From the NCBI RefSeq assembly GCF_044704955.1, contig NC_091986.1, positions 23,374,001-23,438,000 of the forward strand: a stretch of DNA of 64,000 nt, given 5' to 3'. A program made the translations under genes and the position numbers. Positions 1 to 12,706 of the stretch are shown here, in pieces (within the stretch, counting starts at the first letter, position 1; each line of letters opens with the position of its first letter). The DNA is from Pristiophorus japonicus (taxonomy: Eukaryota). The notes under the pieces are model-generated. The model did not search any database. It had not been told where the DNA came from and saw nothing but the letters and a program-made list of their open reading frames with translations.

Positions 1-78
1 AGTCTGCTGGTATCTGGTTGAAAGCTAATACACTATTGCTTATCTTCACATTAATCCCTTAAGTACTAAATTCCCTGC

Positions 79-107
79 GGGGGGTGGGGTCGGGGGTGGG
101 GGGTGGG
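79..107 (+). repeat. G-tract array (potential G-quadruplex)
   Basis: Five runs of 4 or more G separated by 1-2 nt. Confidence 0.6.
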
Positions 108-1959
108 GCTACTGTTAATTTTTAATATTATACCATTGAAAGTTTTGTAAGTTTGTGGTCATTAAGAATGCATTCAATATGGAGTGGAAACCCATTTAAA
201 ATCATCTCTGATAAGAGTGAAATCTTTACTTGGTGCATCACAAGGTGAGTTAACGATGACAGTTCCAAAGCATATTTTAACTATTGAAGCTCTGCTTTAA
301 CCACCACAGCAAAAATTGCATAAAATGTCCCAGCTGACTAGAATTTTATAGGAGGCTAAATGGCCACCATGTTATATCACAGAGGATTAATTAAGTCATA
401 ATTTTAACAAGCTGGACCAGTGCCAGGCCTTATTACTCTGTCATACTTTCACATGTTGAGGGTGCAGCTTAAGCACATAACTCATGTTGACTCTGCAGTT
501 TTGGACTCTTATGATGATTGCATATTTCACTAGCAGCCATTTCACCTCTTTTTTCCTGAAGTTTCGAAGATTAGATTGCATTCAGATTTAACATTGAGTT
601 CATTTTTGCCATAGTCCACTGCTTTGCCACTTACATCCATCCAGGTAAAACAGCTATGGTTATTCTTTGTAATAATGTTCCCGCAGACAAGTAATATGGT
701 TGTAGGTTTACTCAGTAAGATTGTTGGGGGTATCCTGGATCTAGGGATCCACTAAACATTTTAAATATTGTTTCTAGCTGAGACTAAAAGATTTATCCAT
801 CTAGCCACTTGCCTATGTTCTTAGATCAATTTTGGAAATGCTAATGGAAGGACTTAAGGTATTTGGATTCAGGTTCCCTTCTCAAATGGGCTACAGCCCG
901 TGAGCTTCCTTCAGGGAAGTCTGAGCTACAGACTATGCAGGTGGTAAGTGCAGATCGAGCTATAGACGAAACAGCCAAGATCCCTCAAAATTTGTTGAAT
1001 GCATCGCAAACTACATTGTAGCCTGTTAAAGGGTAATCAGTTTTTGACTACCCCATTTTGCAAGGCAAGCTTTTATAAGAACAAAGAAATATTGGCTTAG
1101 GGTTTATCATTTTTTAAATTATTAATAATATGTTTTGTACTATTCCTGATTATGTTTCCCCCTTTAAATTTAGAGCCTGTTGTGGTGCCATGCCACAGCA
1201 CAGCATTGACTATAGTCTCCGGAAACTGCCATATGCACCCAATGATACTCTGTCCATCTCTAAATGGAAGGGAGGAAGGGTAAGGTAACATTATCACTGT
1301 AATGCTGCCACATGAATTATTCATCCTTTTCATAGTACAGGCATTACAACATTTTCCACTTTTCAGTGTGTCACAGGCCCTTGTAACAAGGATGACTCTG
1401 TTGCTGTAATTTCCATTTCTCTCCTCAAAATCACAAGTGGTCACTTTTCTACAGGCAGTTTACTTGCCAGGTCCTAGGGCCCATGGTTGAAATTTTCAAT
1501 AGACTATTTCTTAGATGCATGCATGCATTGAACAATGTTTTTTACTGTATAGAGAAGCCTTGATTGATGCATTGACATGTATAGACTTGTTGATATTGGT
1601 GTTTGGAATGAAACAAAGAATCAGAACTTCTGTGCTGTCATGTTAATAAAGATTTTTCTGTTAGGCACTCTGAAAATGAAAACCTACTTTAACTGTAAAT
1701 GTTGCTGTCACAGAGGGGTAGGACCATGACGCTTATGTACGATAATGTTTTTTGGGTGCTTGTGTATTTGTCCTGCAATTAGCAAATGGTGAGCATAGCA
1801 TCAATGTGTTAGAGAAAACCTACTCATAAAGATCCTGTAATAAGCCCAAACCGAGTGTGAACCTCTACTGAAATCATGGCACTGCCATTAACCCACCTGC
1901 CAGTGAAATGGTAAAAGGTTAAACAGGTGCATTAGTGCTGCAGTCATACTGCACATTTT

Positions 1960-2713
1960 GGCCTAGAAATTGGTCTCCTTTGCACCTCCCATTATCGTCT
2001 CTTGGGGGGCGATAACGGGGCAGTAACGACTTACCGACTGGGCGCGATGAAAGAAATGACTCCCACTAAATTGGCCGAGAGGTTTGCGGTGGCGGTAACA
2101 CCTTGCGCCACGATCTCCTGCGCCCGGAGATCGTGATGTCATCGTCCTGCGCAGCACCCCGGTAGCGCCCCAGACCTGAACTTTAGTTCCACCCCCTGCA
2201 GCATTGCTGGGCGACAACACCAACAGCTGCAGGAGGAGTTGCTCAGGAGGCCGGGCGCTTCTGGGGCGCAAGTTAAAGAGGATGTTGGTGTGGTAAGTAA
2301 AAAGATTGTGCGAATGCATAATGTCAGTTTTTTCTATTTTTCTTTGGCTGCGATGGATCAACCCGTCATTGTGCTGGAGTGCTTGGGGCTGATTGGGGCC
2401 GGATCGCAGTTGCTGTCGGGGACCAGCTAACTCATCCTCGTTCAGAGCCTGCAGCGATGGCCCTTCCCAAGGAACTTCGGATTCCAGCAGTGCTTCATGG
2501 GACATTGTGCAGCGCTGCACCACTACTGCCTCGCCTGCATAGTTTAACGTTCCAATGGAAGTGGTAGCGTTTAATTTAGTGCACAGAGATCCTTCCTTCC
2601 TGGAACGCTAACACTGAATTTAGAGAAAGCTGAGAATCGTTAGCGCCTGGCGCTAATTTTTCCAGCTTTCAAAAGTTAGCACCCCAAATGGACCGTTCCT
2701 GAATTTCTCCCCC
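1960..2713. mobile_element. Non-autonomous PIF/Harbinger-type MITE, family A
   Basis: Ends GGCCTAGAAATT...AATTTCTCCCCC; colinear similarity along its length to 41157-41915. Confidence 0.8.
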
Positions 2714-3278
2714 CTTGTGTTGATGCACTTTGGCATGACATAACTGCCTGTAAGTTTATGACTTAAATTACTTTAGTGAGTGTTTTAAATCTTTGGTAAC
2801 TTCAGATCCCGGGCCCTATGTCCCATCTGCAGGCACGCTGACCTGTGGTAAGATGGTGACTCCCTGACTTTATCAACGGTGCATCGTTACATCGTGGAAT
2901 TTTAACCACTCTGCAGCCTGACTGATAATGAAATTGACCATCTGTAAGTTACAACTTCACAGACAAATGACAACTTCTGAGCGTTTTCACCTTAAAATTA
3001 AACAGATGCAGAAACAAATGAAAATGATCTGTCTCCTTCCGAATTTTTCTCATTCCGAAAAAAAAATCAACGAAGCACGAGAGGACATTTTTATATCTGT
3101 AGGGAATTTTAGCCCTTACTGTCAATAAGACTTTAAGCATCTCTAATTCTATGAGCAGGGAAAGAGATAGGTTTTCCAAAGCAATTATGTAGTCACAGAT
3201 AAATGGCCCCTGTAAGTCTGCCTATTGGTTTGAAAGGCTTCTCTGCAGCAGCTTAGTAATCACTCATAAAGGCTTCAG

Positions 3279-3418
3279 NNNNNNNNNNNNNNNNNNNNNN
3301 NNNNNNNNNNNNNNNNNNNNNNNNNNNNNNNNNNNNNNNNNNNNNNNNNNNNNNNNNNNNNNNNNNNNNNNNNNNNNNNNNNNNNNNNNNNNNNNNNNNN
3401 NNNNNNNNNNNNNNNNNN
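3279..3418. other. N gap (140 nt)
   Basis: Run of N. Confidence 1.
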
Positions 3419-4134
3419 GAGGAGGAATCTGATCCTGCTCCCAGCAGTCACTGTCAGTAAATGTTTGATGAATAAACAGAGACTTTCTAATGGGAAGTGG
3501 TGGCAACTTTTCTAAGTGTACACAATACAGACTTAATTAGGATTCCCAAGATATAGTCTAAGAGTGAGAAATGAATGTAGTGTTGCCATGTCAGAATTAT
3601 ATATGTCTAATAAAGTAAAACTTCTGAAAATGCTTGCTGCTACCGGATTCAATTGTGATTAGAAAAATTCAGGTACAGCTGATGCCAGTTATTGGTTATG
3701 TGGTTGATGGAGAAATTAAAGGGCCACAGCCTTTGTGAAAAACAATGTTTGCCCGTTCTTTTCCTTTGTTCGGGGGGTGACTCGAAGTGGTCCATTTTCA
3801 TTATGGCGACATCCCATACAAGTGATGTCTTTCTGACATGACTTTACATTTGTGTTATATTTATCAACAAATGAACAAGAAAGAGATCCAGTCATCTTTT
3901 TTCATAAAAGTGCTGCCCTTTTAGTTTATGGGAAGCATTTTCTCAGGCAGTGATTGGAAATCAGTGACATAATTGGAAACATTCTGGTGTGACTATATCT
4001 TCGACAAGTTTGCTTTGAGGTACTGCTGTCCTTTATTGAGAGATCCCTGAGACTGGTACCAGAATATAAAGATCCCATTGTGGGTATTTGTATATTTTCT
4101 ACAGGAATACATCATTCTTGTGCTATGTATTTGC

Positions 4135-4516
4135 AATGAATGAGAGGTGATTACATTGAAAGATATAAGATACTGAGGGGGATTGACAGGGTAGTTGCTG
4201 GGAGGCTGTTTCCCCTGACTGGAGAGTCTAGAACTAGGATAAGGGGTTGGCCATTTAGGATCGAGATGAGGAAACATTACTTCACTCGGAGAATTGTGTA
4301 TCTTTGAAATACTCTTTCCCCGGAGGGCTGTGGATGCTCAGTTGTTGAGTATATTCAAGGCTGAGATCGCTACATTTTTGGACTCTAAGAGAGTCAAGGG
4401 ATATTGGGATCGTGTGGGAAAGTGGAGTTGAGGTCAAAGATCATCTATGATCTTATTGAATGACGGAGCAGGCTCGAGGGGCAATATGGCCTACACCTAC
4501 TCCTATTTCTTATGTG
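4135..4516 (+). mobile_element. CR1 LINE 3' fragment
   Basis: Decayed RGDLIETYKI region and 3'UTR ending GGCCTACACCTACTCCTATTTCTTATG. Confidence 0.85.
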
Positions 4517-4764
4517 AGCTGTGCTTTAAAGTGGCTGCTCCATCAGCAGATTTATATTTAGTCTCTCTCCTACTCCCATAGCCCATCTCCATCCTTTCCC
4601 CATCATTAGGTCCCCTTCTGCTGGGCAGAGCAGAGGGCAGTTGAATTGCTCCTTGCTTTGTACTAATGTTGCTTTGTAACCATCTACTCGAAGGTCTGAG
4701 ATCTACCCACCATCTTTTTTCTATCTCTTGCGAGTGCTGCCCGCCAACGATGCCACAATCAAGA

Positions 4765-6146
4765 TCAGGAATTCTCAGCGTGAGAGAGAACTGGTGGGTT
4801 TGGAGCGTGAAGGCAGTTAAAGTGTTAGAATGGGATTTCCGACCTGATCCCTGATCCCGCCTCCAACCTGCACACTTCCAGTATTGCTAGAGGCGTGTGC
4901 CCAACCTGCTTCCAGTGGGCGTTTCTTCAATTTCATTATTGTAATGAGGCTGGCGATTCTATTTTCCCCTGTCTATTTGGTGTTTATCTGCCAATGGACG
5001 GTTTCACACAATTCGTGAAACCCGGCGGTTAAACAGAGGCGGGGACTGCTGCATCCAGGAGGTAAGTGGCTTTTTCCCTACCTCCTGGATCCAGGGTCCC
5101 TGCCTAGCCCACCCCCTGCAATCAGAGACCCCACCATGTGGCTTCCCAGGCCTCCCCCGCCACCATCCCGAGCTGGTCCCCGGCTAACCCATCCTGCGAT
5201 ATTCCCATCCCATCCCCAATACCTGACCCTGGCCGATGCAGTTTTGGTTTCCATATTTACGAAAGGATATACTTGCTTTGGAGGCAGTTCGGAGGAGTTT
5301 CACTGTTGATTCCGGGGATGAGGGGGTTGACTTCTGAGGAAAGGTTGAGTAGGTTGAGCCTCTACTCATTGGTGTTCAGAATAATGAGAGGTGACCTTAT
5401 CGAAACATATAAGATTATGAGGGGGCTTGACAAGGTGGATGCAGAGAGGATGTTTCCACTGATGGGGGAGACTAGAACTAGAGGGCATGATTTTAAAATA
5501 AGGGGCCGTCAATTTAAAACCGAGATGAGGAGAAATTTATTCTCTGAGGGTTGTTAATCTGTGGAATTCGCTGTCTCAGAGAGCTGTGGAAGCTGGGACA
5601 TTGAATAAATTTAAGACAGAAATTGACAGTTTCTTAACCGATTAGGGGATAAGGGGTTATGGGGAGTGAGCGGCGAAGTGGAGCTGAGTCCATGATCAGA
5701 TCAGCCATGATCTTATTAAATGGCGGAGCAGGCTCAAGGGGGCCGTATGGCCTTCTCCTGCTCCTATTTCTTATGTTCTTTATCCTCTTCCCCGATACCC
5801 AACTGATTGCCGATTTCCCCCTTACCCCACCTCCCCCGGATCCCTAACCCCAGAAAATCCTCTCACTCCCCCCACCCCCCGCGACCCCTGATCGATTGGC
5901 GACCACCAGCCCCCCACCCGCGCGATTTTTCCCTCGGACCAGATTTTGCTTCTGAAGCCTACCCATCCGCAGCCAGCCAGCCTCTCAATCTGACCGGCTC
6001 TTGACGGGAATCCAAGGGCCTCACATTCGAATCAGGCCCTGCCGTTAAAATCGGCAGGGCCTACGGAAAACCCAACCTCCTGGGTTTCTCGCCCGCATCG
6101 GAGGCCCCCTGCCCTCAACCCAACCCCCTTGAGAAAATTCCGGCCT
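4765..6146. mobile_element. Harbinger-type MITE interrupted by a CR1 fragment
   Basis: GC-rich element ending AAAATTCCGGCC; left end degenerate; CR1 at about 5245-5780 splits it. Confidence 0.55.
5245..5780 (+). mobile_element. CR1 LINE 3' fragment
   Basis: Translates to LIPGMRGLTSEERLSRLSLYSL...RGDLIETYKIMRGLDKVDAERMFPL; TTCTTATG tail. Confidence 0.93.
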
Positions 6147-7719
6147 ATGAGACAGTGTTGGAGCACTGATGTGGTGTGCCACTGTGCTGCCTCATTGCTT
6201 TTTTCCCCCCTCCAAATCCATTATCCTTTCTTTTTAGTTATTCAATGGAAAAAAAAATCAGTGGCCAGAGCATTAGGGTTCTCCTGACTCTTCTCCGCTC
6301 TCCGGAGGCCTACTGATGGACATCACCACTCAACAACAGCCCTGAAAATGATGAAACTCAGCAAAAAAGTGTCATCGGCAAAGTGGGTCACTAATTTCTC
6401 AGAAGTGAAAGAGACAGACATAAGTGTGAAGCGCGCATCTCTCCATCTTGCCACTTATTTATTTATTAGAGATATTTATGCAGGATATTCCCAGTTAAGC
6501 TTGAAAGCTTGTTTACAACAGTTCTTGCCCAAGGGCTGCTAACAGACACAACAGAGGACAGGAGAAGAAATAGATTCAGCACAGATCAACATGCTACAGC
6601 CTCTAACATTTCAGATTTGTTCAATACTGCATTTCATTTTGTGATGCTGTCTAATCTGAAGCATTCATCTCATCATACGGGAAACCGTGAAAATGCACAG
6701 GCCAGCTGACAAACATGTATATGAAGCAGCGTGTTTTCGATAATTAGATGGTCAGTTTTGCCTCCCTCCCCCAGGTGACCTGGCCAAGACCATTAATTTC
6801 AGCCTTTAGGGTTAAACTCAGTGTGAATGTCAGTCAAAGCTGAGTTCTGAGCCCAGCCCCGCTAGTTGAGGCCAGCAGCTATTGAGCAATACCATGCATC
6901 CATTTGTATTTCAACTATTATTTATTACACAAGAACCAAAATCACAAGATGGGTTAAAGTGTGAAAAATTGTGGAACACGTACAGGTACTATGAAAATAA
7001 ATGCCACCTCTCATTAATGAAAGATTTTGCTTCATATTTTGAATGCTCCTTATGAAGTCGAATATGTGACATTCTACACATGAAGTAATATCTACATTTG
7101 TCGGCGGACAAACAATCGTCTGTATCTTACTGTGGTCGGTAGTACAGATTAAGTCACAACAATATTAATAATGCAGTGTGAAGCATGCCTCATTTAAAAG
7201 GGCTGTGTGCATTATTTTGACATTGCTGGTGGATAAATCACTAACATTGGAATTCTTACATTAACAGCCTGCCAAATAAATTGTACTATTAAAAAGAAAT
7301 AAATAAAATGATAATTTAATTAGCGGCACAGTAACACTCTTCTTCTTCCAGGCCACCATTTTTCAGGTAGGCTGAAAAAAGCCAGAATCTTCATATCATT
7401 CCCGACTGTAGTGAATTGCCTTTCCTAGTCAGTGTGCGGTACAGTGACAAATCCTCAACTCCGCCTAACCCTCATTATAGTTTCATACCAAATAATTAAA
7501 AAGTAATTAAAGGTACATGAGGAATTATTATACATTCGATTTACATAAATTATTTTAAAAACATATCCAGCTCCTTTAAATTTCAGATTAATGATTTATC
7601 TTTGTGACACTCCATTTTATTTTGTTTATGTTCTAGGCTTTCTGTTTATAAAACTCTGGATTATATTTGCAATCAATGGGCAGAGGAAACATTTAGCATA
7701 AAAAGTAAATGTAAATTAA

Positions 7720-8035
7720 AACAACAACAACTTGTATTTATATAGCGCCTTTAATGTAGTGAAACGTCCCAAGGCACTTCACAGGAATATTATGAGATAA
7801 AAAAAATTGACACCGAGCCACGTAAGTAGAAATTAGCGCAGGTGACCAAAAGCTTGGTCAAAGAGGTAGGTTTTAAGGAGAGTCTTGAAGGAGGAAAGAG
7901 AGGTAAAGAGGCGGAGAGATTTAGGCAGGGCGCACCAAAGCTTGGGGCCCATGCAACAGAAGGCGAACAGTGGTTGAGCGATTATAATCAGGGATGCTTA
8001 AGACGGCAGAATTAGAGGAGCGCAGACATCTCGTG
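7720..8035 (-). mobile_element. L2 LINE 3' fragment
   Basis: Reverse complement of the AAAGGCGCTATATAAATACAAG(TTG)n tail also seen at about 16530 and 32955. Confidence 0.85.
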
Positions 8036-8228
8036 GTGAATTGTGAGGAGAAAGTGCTAAAGGACATGCCATCCGTGCTTAGTCCAGCTCTGAGGATTCA
8101 GAACTCTCCAAAAAGGCATTAAAATGGGTTGCAAAGATTGGGACAACACTATGAAGTTTTCTTGCTTGGGTATTGTTAAGGTCATGAATAGTGTGGTACC
8201 CACAGCTGTAGAATCAAACTTGAGAGTG

Positions 8229-8525
8229 GCCCTGAAAATATCTGGGGGTGGCACTTTATGGCTTAAATGCCAAGGTGTTCGTGCCCCTGACCTCCCCCAC
8301 TGATCCCACCAAGATTTGTGGGGTCAGCGGGAGGTCACCTGACTTGCATGGTTTTGAAAAGTCTGGCAAAGGACCTCGAGCTGGAGTTGGGGAGGAGCAA
8401 GGGAAGAGGGAGATGCCATGACCCGAGCTGGGAACTCCATTTTTGTAGGTAATCCCAGTAATATCATGCTGGGCCTCTGCCCTTCAGCAATTGCCCACAC
8501 CCCACCCACAAAAATTGCTAATCCT
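8229..8525. mobile_element. Degenerate Harbinger-type MITE
   Basis: Starts GGCCCTGAAAAT, ends near AAAATTGCTAATCC; GC-rich relative to flanks. Confidence 0.35.
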
Positions 8526-8739
8526 ACCTCACCAATACTAGACTTCTCTCTTAGTGTTTCCTCTGCAATATCACAAGAACCTGTCTATTTGGGTAATGTG
8601 TGCTCAGCACCATGAGGTTCGGGTAAGGGGTGGGAGGGGAGGAGGTATCAGCCTCTTTACCAAGTGCCTTCCCCTGAGGACCTGGAGTAAGTGCCTGGTG
8701 ATGAATAAGCTTAGTTCATGATACTGGACTGTGACATAC

Positions 8740-8900
8740 AGAAAAACTTATATAGAGCTTGTCACGACCTCAGGACATCCTATAGAGCTTTACAGTCAAT
8801 TAAGTACTTTTGAAGTGTAGTCACTGTTGTAATGTAGGAATCACAACTGCCAATTTGCGCACAGCAAGCTCCCACAAACAGCAATGAGATAATAAATCAA
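8740..8900 (-). mobile_element. SacSINE1/Deu-domain SINE 3' part
   Basis: CTTTTGAAGTGTAGTCACTGTTGTAATGTAGG...GCACAGCAAGCTCCCACAAACAGCAATGAG, matching copies at 25520, 40160 and 63575. Confidence 0.75.
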
Positions 8901-8917
8901 CCACTATTTCTCATATT

Positions 8918-9145
8918 GGGAACATAGCAACATCAGTAGGCCATTCAGCGTTCAAGCCTGTTCTGACATTCAATTGGATCGTAGCTGATCTGTATCTCAA
9001 CTCCATCTAAACCGCCTTGGTTCCGTATCCTTTGATAGCCTTGTCTACCAAAAATCTCAGTTTTGAAATTTTCAATTGATCCCCCAGACTCATCAGCTTT
9101 TTGGGGCAGAGAATTGATTTCCACTCCCCTTTGTGTGAAGAGGTA
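8918..9145 (-). mobile_element. CR1 LINE 3' fragment
   Basis: GTAGGCCATTCAG...CTCAACTCC reverse-complement 3'UTR. Confidence 0.75.
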
Positions 9146-9217
9146 ATTGAGCTGTTTCATGTCTGGGATCCACCACCTGTCTCAAATGATGTACAAGTTT
9201 AGCTGTTAAACATAAGA

Positions 9218-9401
9218 ATGGTGGCTGCTGTGCAACGGCCACCACACGTTAAAAAAATTCACGCACAGGCATCTTCCACCCTTCAATATGTAGGTCGGGA
9301 TCTGGAATATTAGGTCCTTCATTGAAACACCTGTGAACTCATCCCTTTTTGACGTGGAAGCAAGTCATCCTCGATACGAGGGACCGCCTATGATGAAGAT
9401 G
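9218..9401 (+). mobile_element. 5'-truncated SINE-like retroposon with RTE-type tail
   Basis: Ends GCAAGTCATCCTCGATACGAGGGACCGCCTATGATGAAGATG; perfect 10-bp TSD AAACATAAGA (9208-9217, 9402-9411); same family as 22428 and 35395. Confidence 0.8.
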
Positions 9402-11460
9402 AAACATAAGAGCATCAAAGAATCAGGGTAGATTCCTGTGATTTAATTGGCAGTTTATTAATTATGAAGAAAAACAAACCTTTCTCCCATTTTCTATGAA
9501 AAGATTATTATTGAGCCCAAGAACATTATTGAAATTCTAATCGTGAGACCATGATAGGTTTAACTTTCCAGTCCAAAAATGGTATCACTTGTGCTATATA
9601 GATTATAATTTTATCATAGGCCCTCAATTCATGAAATTTATCATAAACATTTTGATATTAACATTTCTGTTTAGTTTGGATAAAGCAAAGTTTGCTCAGG
9701 CTGTAATTGCCTCACTGTGTGCACGAATGCATGTACGACAACCCTACTGCAACATTCTCTGCTATTCAACAACCTCTGATATAACATGCATTGTTTATGC
9801 CTTCCTTACTAATAAATAAACCATAACACACCCTGTCTGCCACATATCCATCGCTGAAGAGTGAGGTGCTTTTGATGTGTCTCCCATAGACAGCATTACA
9901 CACATGATCTCTATATGCACCTACACATACAAAGAGATTCACTGATCTGTCCAAACACATAGAATGAAGGAGCATACCAATACCACTTTTTAAAAAAAAA
10001 ATCACCCATTAGGTTTAATCACAATCAGTTTATTTCCAAGATGTTATTAATGTCTTTACAAACGTTAAGAACTGGATATTTTAGGATTATTCTCCTTTTC
10101 TTCTGTTTACATGTTGGTATTTTTAATTGAAATCTGTTTACTTTTTCAGACTTTGTACAGATGCTCTGAGATGGGGTGCACCTGAGGGATCGCAAATATG
10201 TTGATGTTAAAAAATTCACTATTGTGTTGAACTGCATTGAAATACAGCACATAGAAACATTCACAGCTGGCATCAATGAAATCAAAACTGCAATCCCTTC
10301 AGGATAGTTTGACAGATACTGACATCAGTTAAATCCAATTGATATTTCCCTTCTGTTGAAGCACCTATCCAAGTGTTGTTGAAGTATTAGTGAACTATAC
10401 ACCCCTCTCAGAATTGTGCATTGATGTTTCTTTAATGTACATGAGCAATGCTGCAATACATATTTCACCAAAGAAATGTCTTTGTATAACATGCCATTTA
10501 AATAGTCCCAATAAAAGTACAGTAAAGTGAAGATAAGGTTCTGCTGAAAGGCATAAGGAAATAAATGGGGGATTGGGGAAGACATAGAGGCAATGTTGCA
10601 TTGGGCTCCAATGTGTACTAATGAAGTTTAAGGTGCCCATGATGACCCCCATGGTAAGTTCTTGTGAGGGACAGGAAGGATGGGAAATTGATGGGATCAA
10701 TACCCTCAAGCTATTTTCATACACCTCTTTGTGGTTGGGAATAGTGGGATTGGCAAATGGGATTGACGTATAGTGCAGGGAGATTAAAAAGGAGGCAAAG
10801 GGAAAACATCAAAAAAACTTGACAAGTTTGAAAAAAGAAGAAAGCAAATCCCTACTCACTGTGTACATTTGGATATGCTGCAATGGCTAATACAAAATCA
10901 AAGGCTCCATTGGCAAATGTGCTAAGAATCTATAAACACAATTAATATATTAAACACTAACATTTACAAAGAAACTTTGTTTCAAAGTGTTAACTCATCA
11001 GTGTTTTTTTGCTTGCATTTGATGGAAAACAAAATATAATTTTTTAACTCCTTGAGCGTATGTCTCAAAAATGATTGAACTGGTCAAGTTAAAGGAAGAC
11101 TAGTTGAGCGAAATCATGTCAATATTGAAATTCCAATTCATTTCTTCCCCTTCTTTAGGTCCCCCCAATTACTTTCCACCACCACGGTCTGACTTCACAG
11201 CTCCCTCTATTTGATCTTAACAGTGCAATTCTGCGACTGACCAGCAGGAGGAGGAGTTTCTGGAGTCAGATCCTGTCAACTGTTTCTCTCCTCTGAAGGA
11301 GAAGTGTTCAGTTGCTTCACAAAGCCAACTAAGTATTACTAGAATTAATCTAGTGGAAATTGGCCGTCTAAGGCTGGAATTTGAGCTCAGCACCTTTTGG
11401 TTGGAAGCCCAATGACTCACTGCATTGTTACAGAGCAGCTGCAGTCCCACATCTCAACTA

Positions 11461-11660
11461 AAAAGGAAAAATGTCTGGAAATCTGAAATAAAAATAGAAA
11501 ATACTAGAGATACACACAGGTTAGTCAACCTCTGTAAAGAGAAAAGATTGGTTATGACATTTTAGGTATGTACTGTTCACTCAAAACCATAATCTGTGTT
11601 TTATCTTTCCGGAAGTTGACAGGCCAGCCACGTATTTTCAGCATTTTCCTTTTTTTGTCC
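11461..11660. mobile_element. Old copy of the Penelope-type hairpin repeat
   Basis: CTGGAAATCTGAAATAAAAATAGAAAATACTAG is a near reverse complement of 34737-34770; degenerate return arm at about 11600-11660. Confidence 0.55.
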
Positions 11661-11808
11661 CAAATTGGAATTGTACTGTCTGCACATTACATTATTACTT
11701 GTCCGGAACATTCTTTGGCAGCAGACGTGAGACCTATAACAGGATTGAACATAATTGGGTAAATCCAAATTTGTATTCTTATGTTTATTATTTAGAACCC
11801 TAAATTCT

Positions 11809-12706
11809 GAGTTAGATTTCTGAAAGGCCCAATGGCTTAGAAATTCATTCGCTCCCAGAAATGGGTACACGGGGGGCACTGGAAATGGTTCCTGTGCCTA
11901 AATGGATAGGCCCGGGCCTCAATATCATAGAACCAGCTGGCTGCGGAGACCTAATGTATGTCCCCAGGCTGCTCGTCAAAGAGGCCTCGAAGATAGGCAG
12001 CAGCCCGCAGGTAAGTCCTAAAAGGGGACTTGGAAAGGGTGGGGAGGGGGTGGTGATCAGGATAAGGGGCGGGCGACCTTGAGAAGGATGATTGGGGGAG
12101 GGGCGGGTGACCAGGCTCAGGATGGTAGCAGCTGGGATCGGGTGGCTAGCGGCCTAGATTGGAGAGGGTAATGGCTGGGATCAGGAGGGGCGGGGGGAAG
12201 AGTGGTGGGGGTGGGGTGTTGGTGAGTGGTGATGCCTGGGACTGTGAATGGTGCTGGCGGTAATTGGGGTAGCTGTGATGGGGGGGGAGGTGGAATCGAG
12301 GTCGCGATGGAGTGGGAGGGGAGCAGTGGCCCTTGTGGTTTGAATGTATCCTGATCCTCCCAGCTCCACATTCTGTTAAGCATATTTTAAAAAGCTACCT
12401 TGTTGGCTGTGGTCCCTTTAACGAGGGCCTGTTAGGCCGGATGTAAACCTGGTTTTCCTGGTTGCCTTCAGGGCAACCCAATAATGCAGAGGGGGCTTCA
12501 AACAAGTATTGGGTCCCTTATTTGCCTATGCAAAGGGATTAACACATGTTTCAAGCATGAGCCCTGGACTTCTTTTTTTGCCTATGCCAATGTGACAGGC
12601 AGCGATCTCTAGCTCATGATGAGCGTGCCATTGTCTGCCATATTGGAGGCTTAGGTGCCTATTTAGCGCCTTAAAATGGTAGCAGCACCATCCAATTTGC
12701 AGGCCG
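11809..12706. mobile_element. Harbinger-type MITE(s)
   Basis: Left end GAGTTAGATTTCTGAAAGGCCC resembles the start of 40592; G-rich core; AATTTGCAGGCC at the right end. Confidence 0.45.

Noticed and set aside
1097-1444. 115-aa ORF
   Set aside because: No recognisable domain, non-ATG start, no convincing splice signals.
1963-2523. 186-aa ORF, and similar ORFs at 41316-42315 and 61141-61959
   Set aside because: They lie in GC-rich MITEs where stops are rare, and frames are not kept between copies.
10025-10724. Cluster of short minus-strand ORFs
   Set aside because: No domain similarity and lengths compatible with chance.
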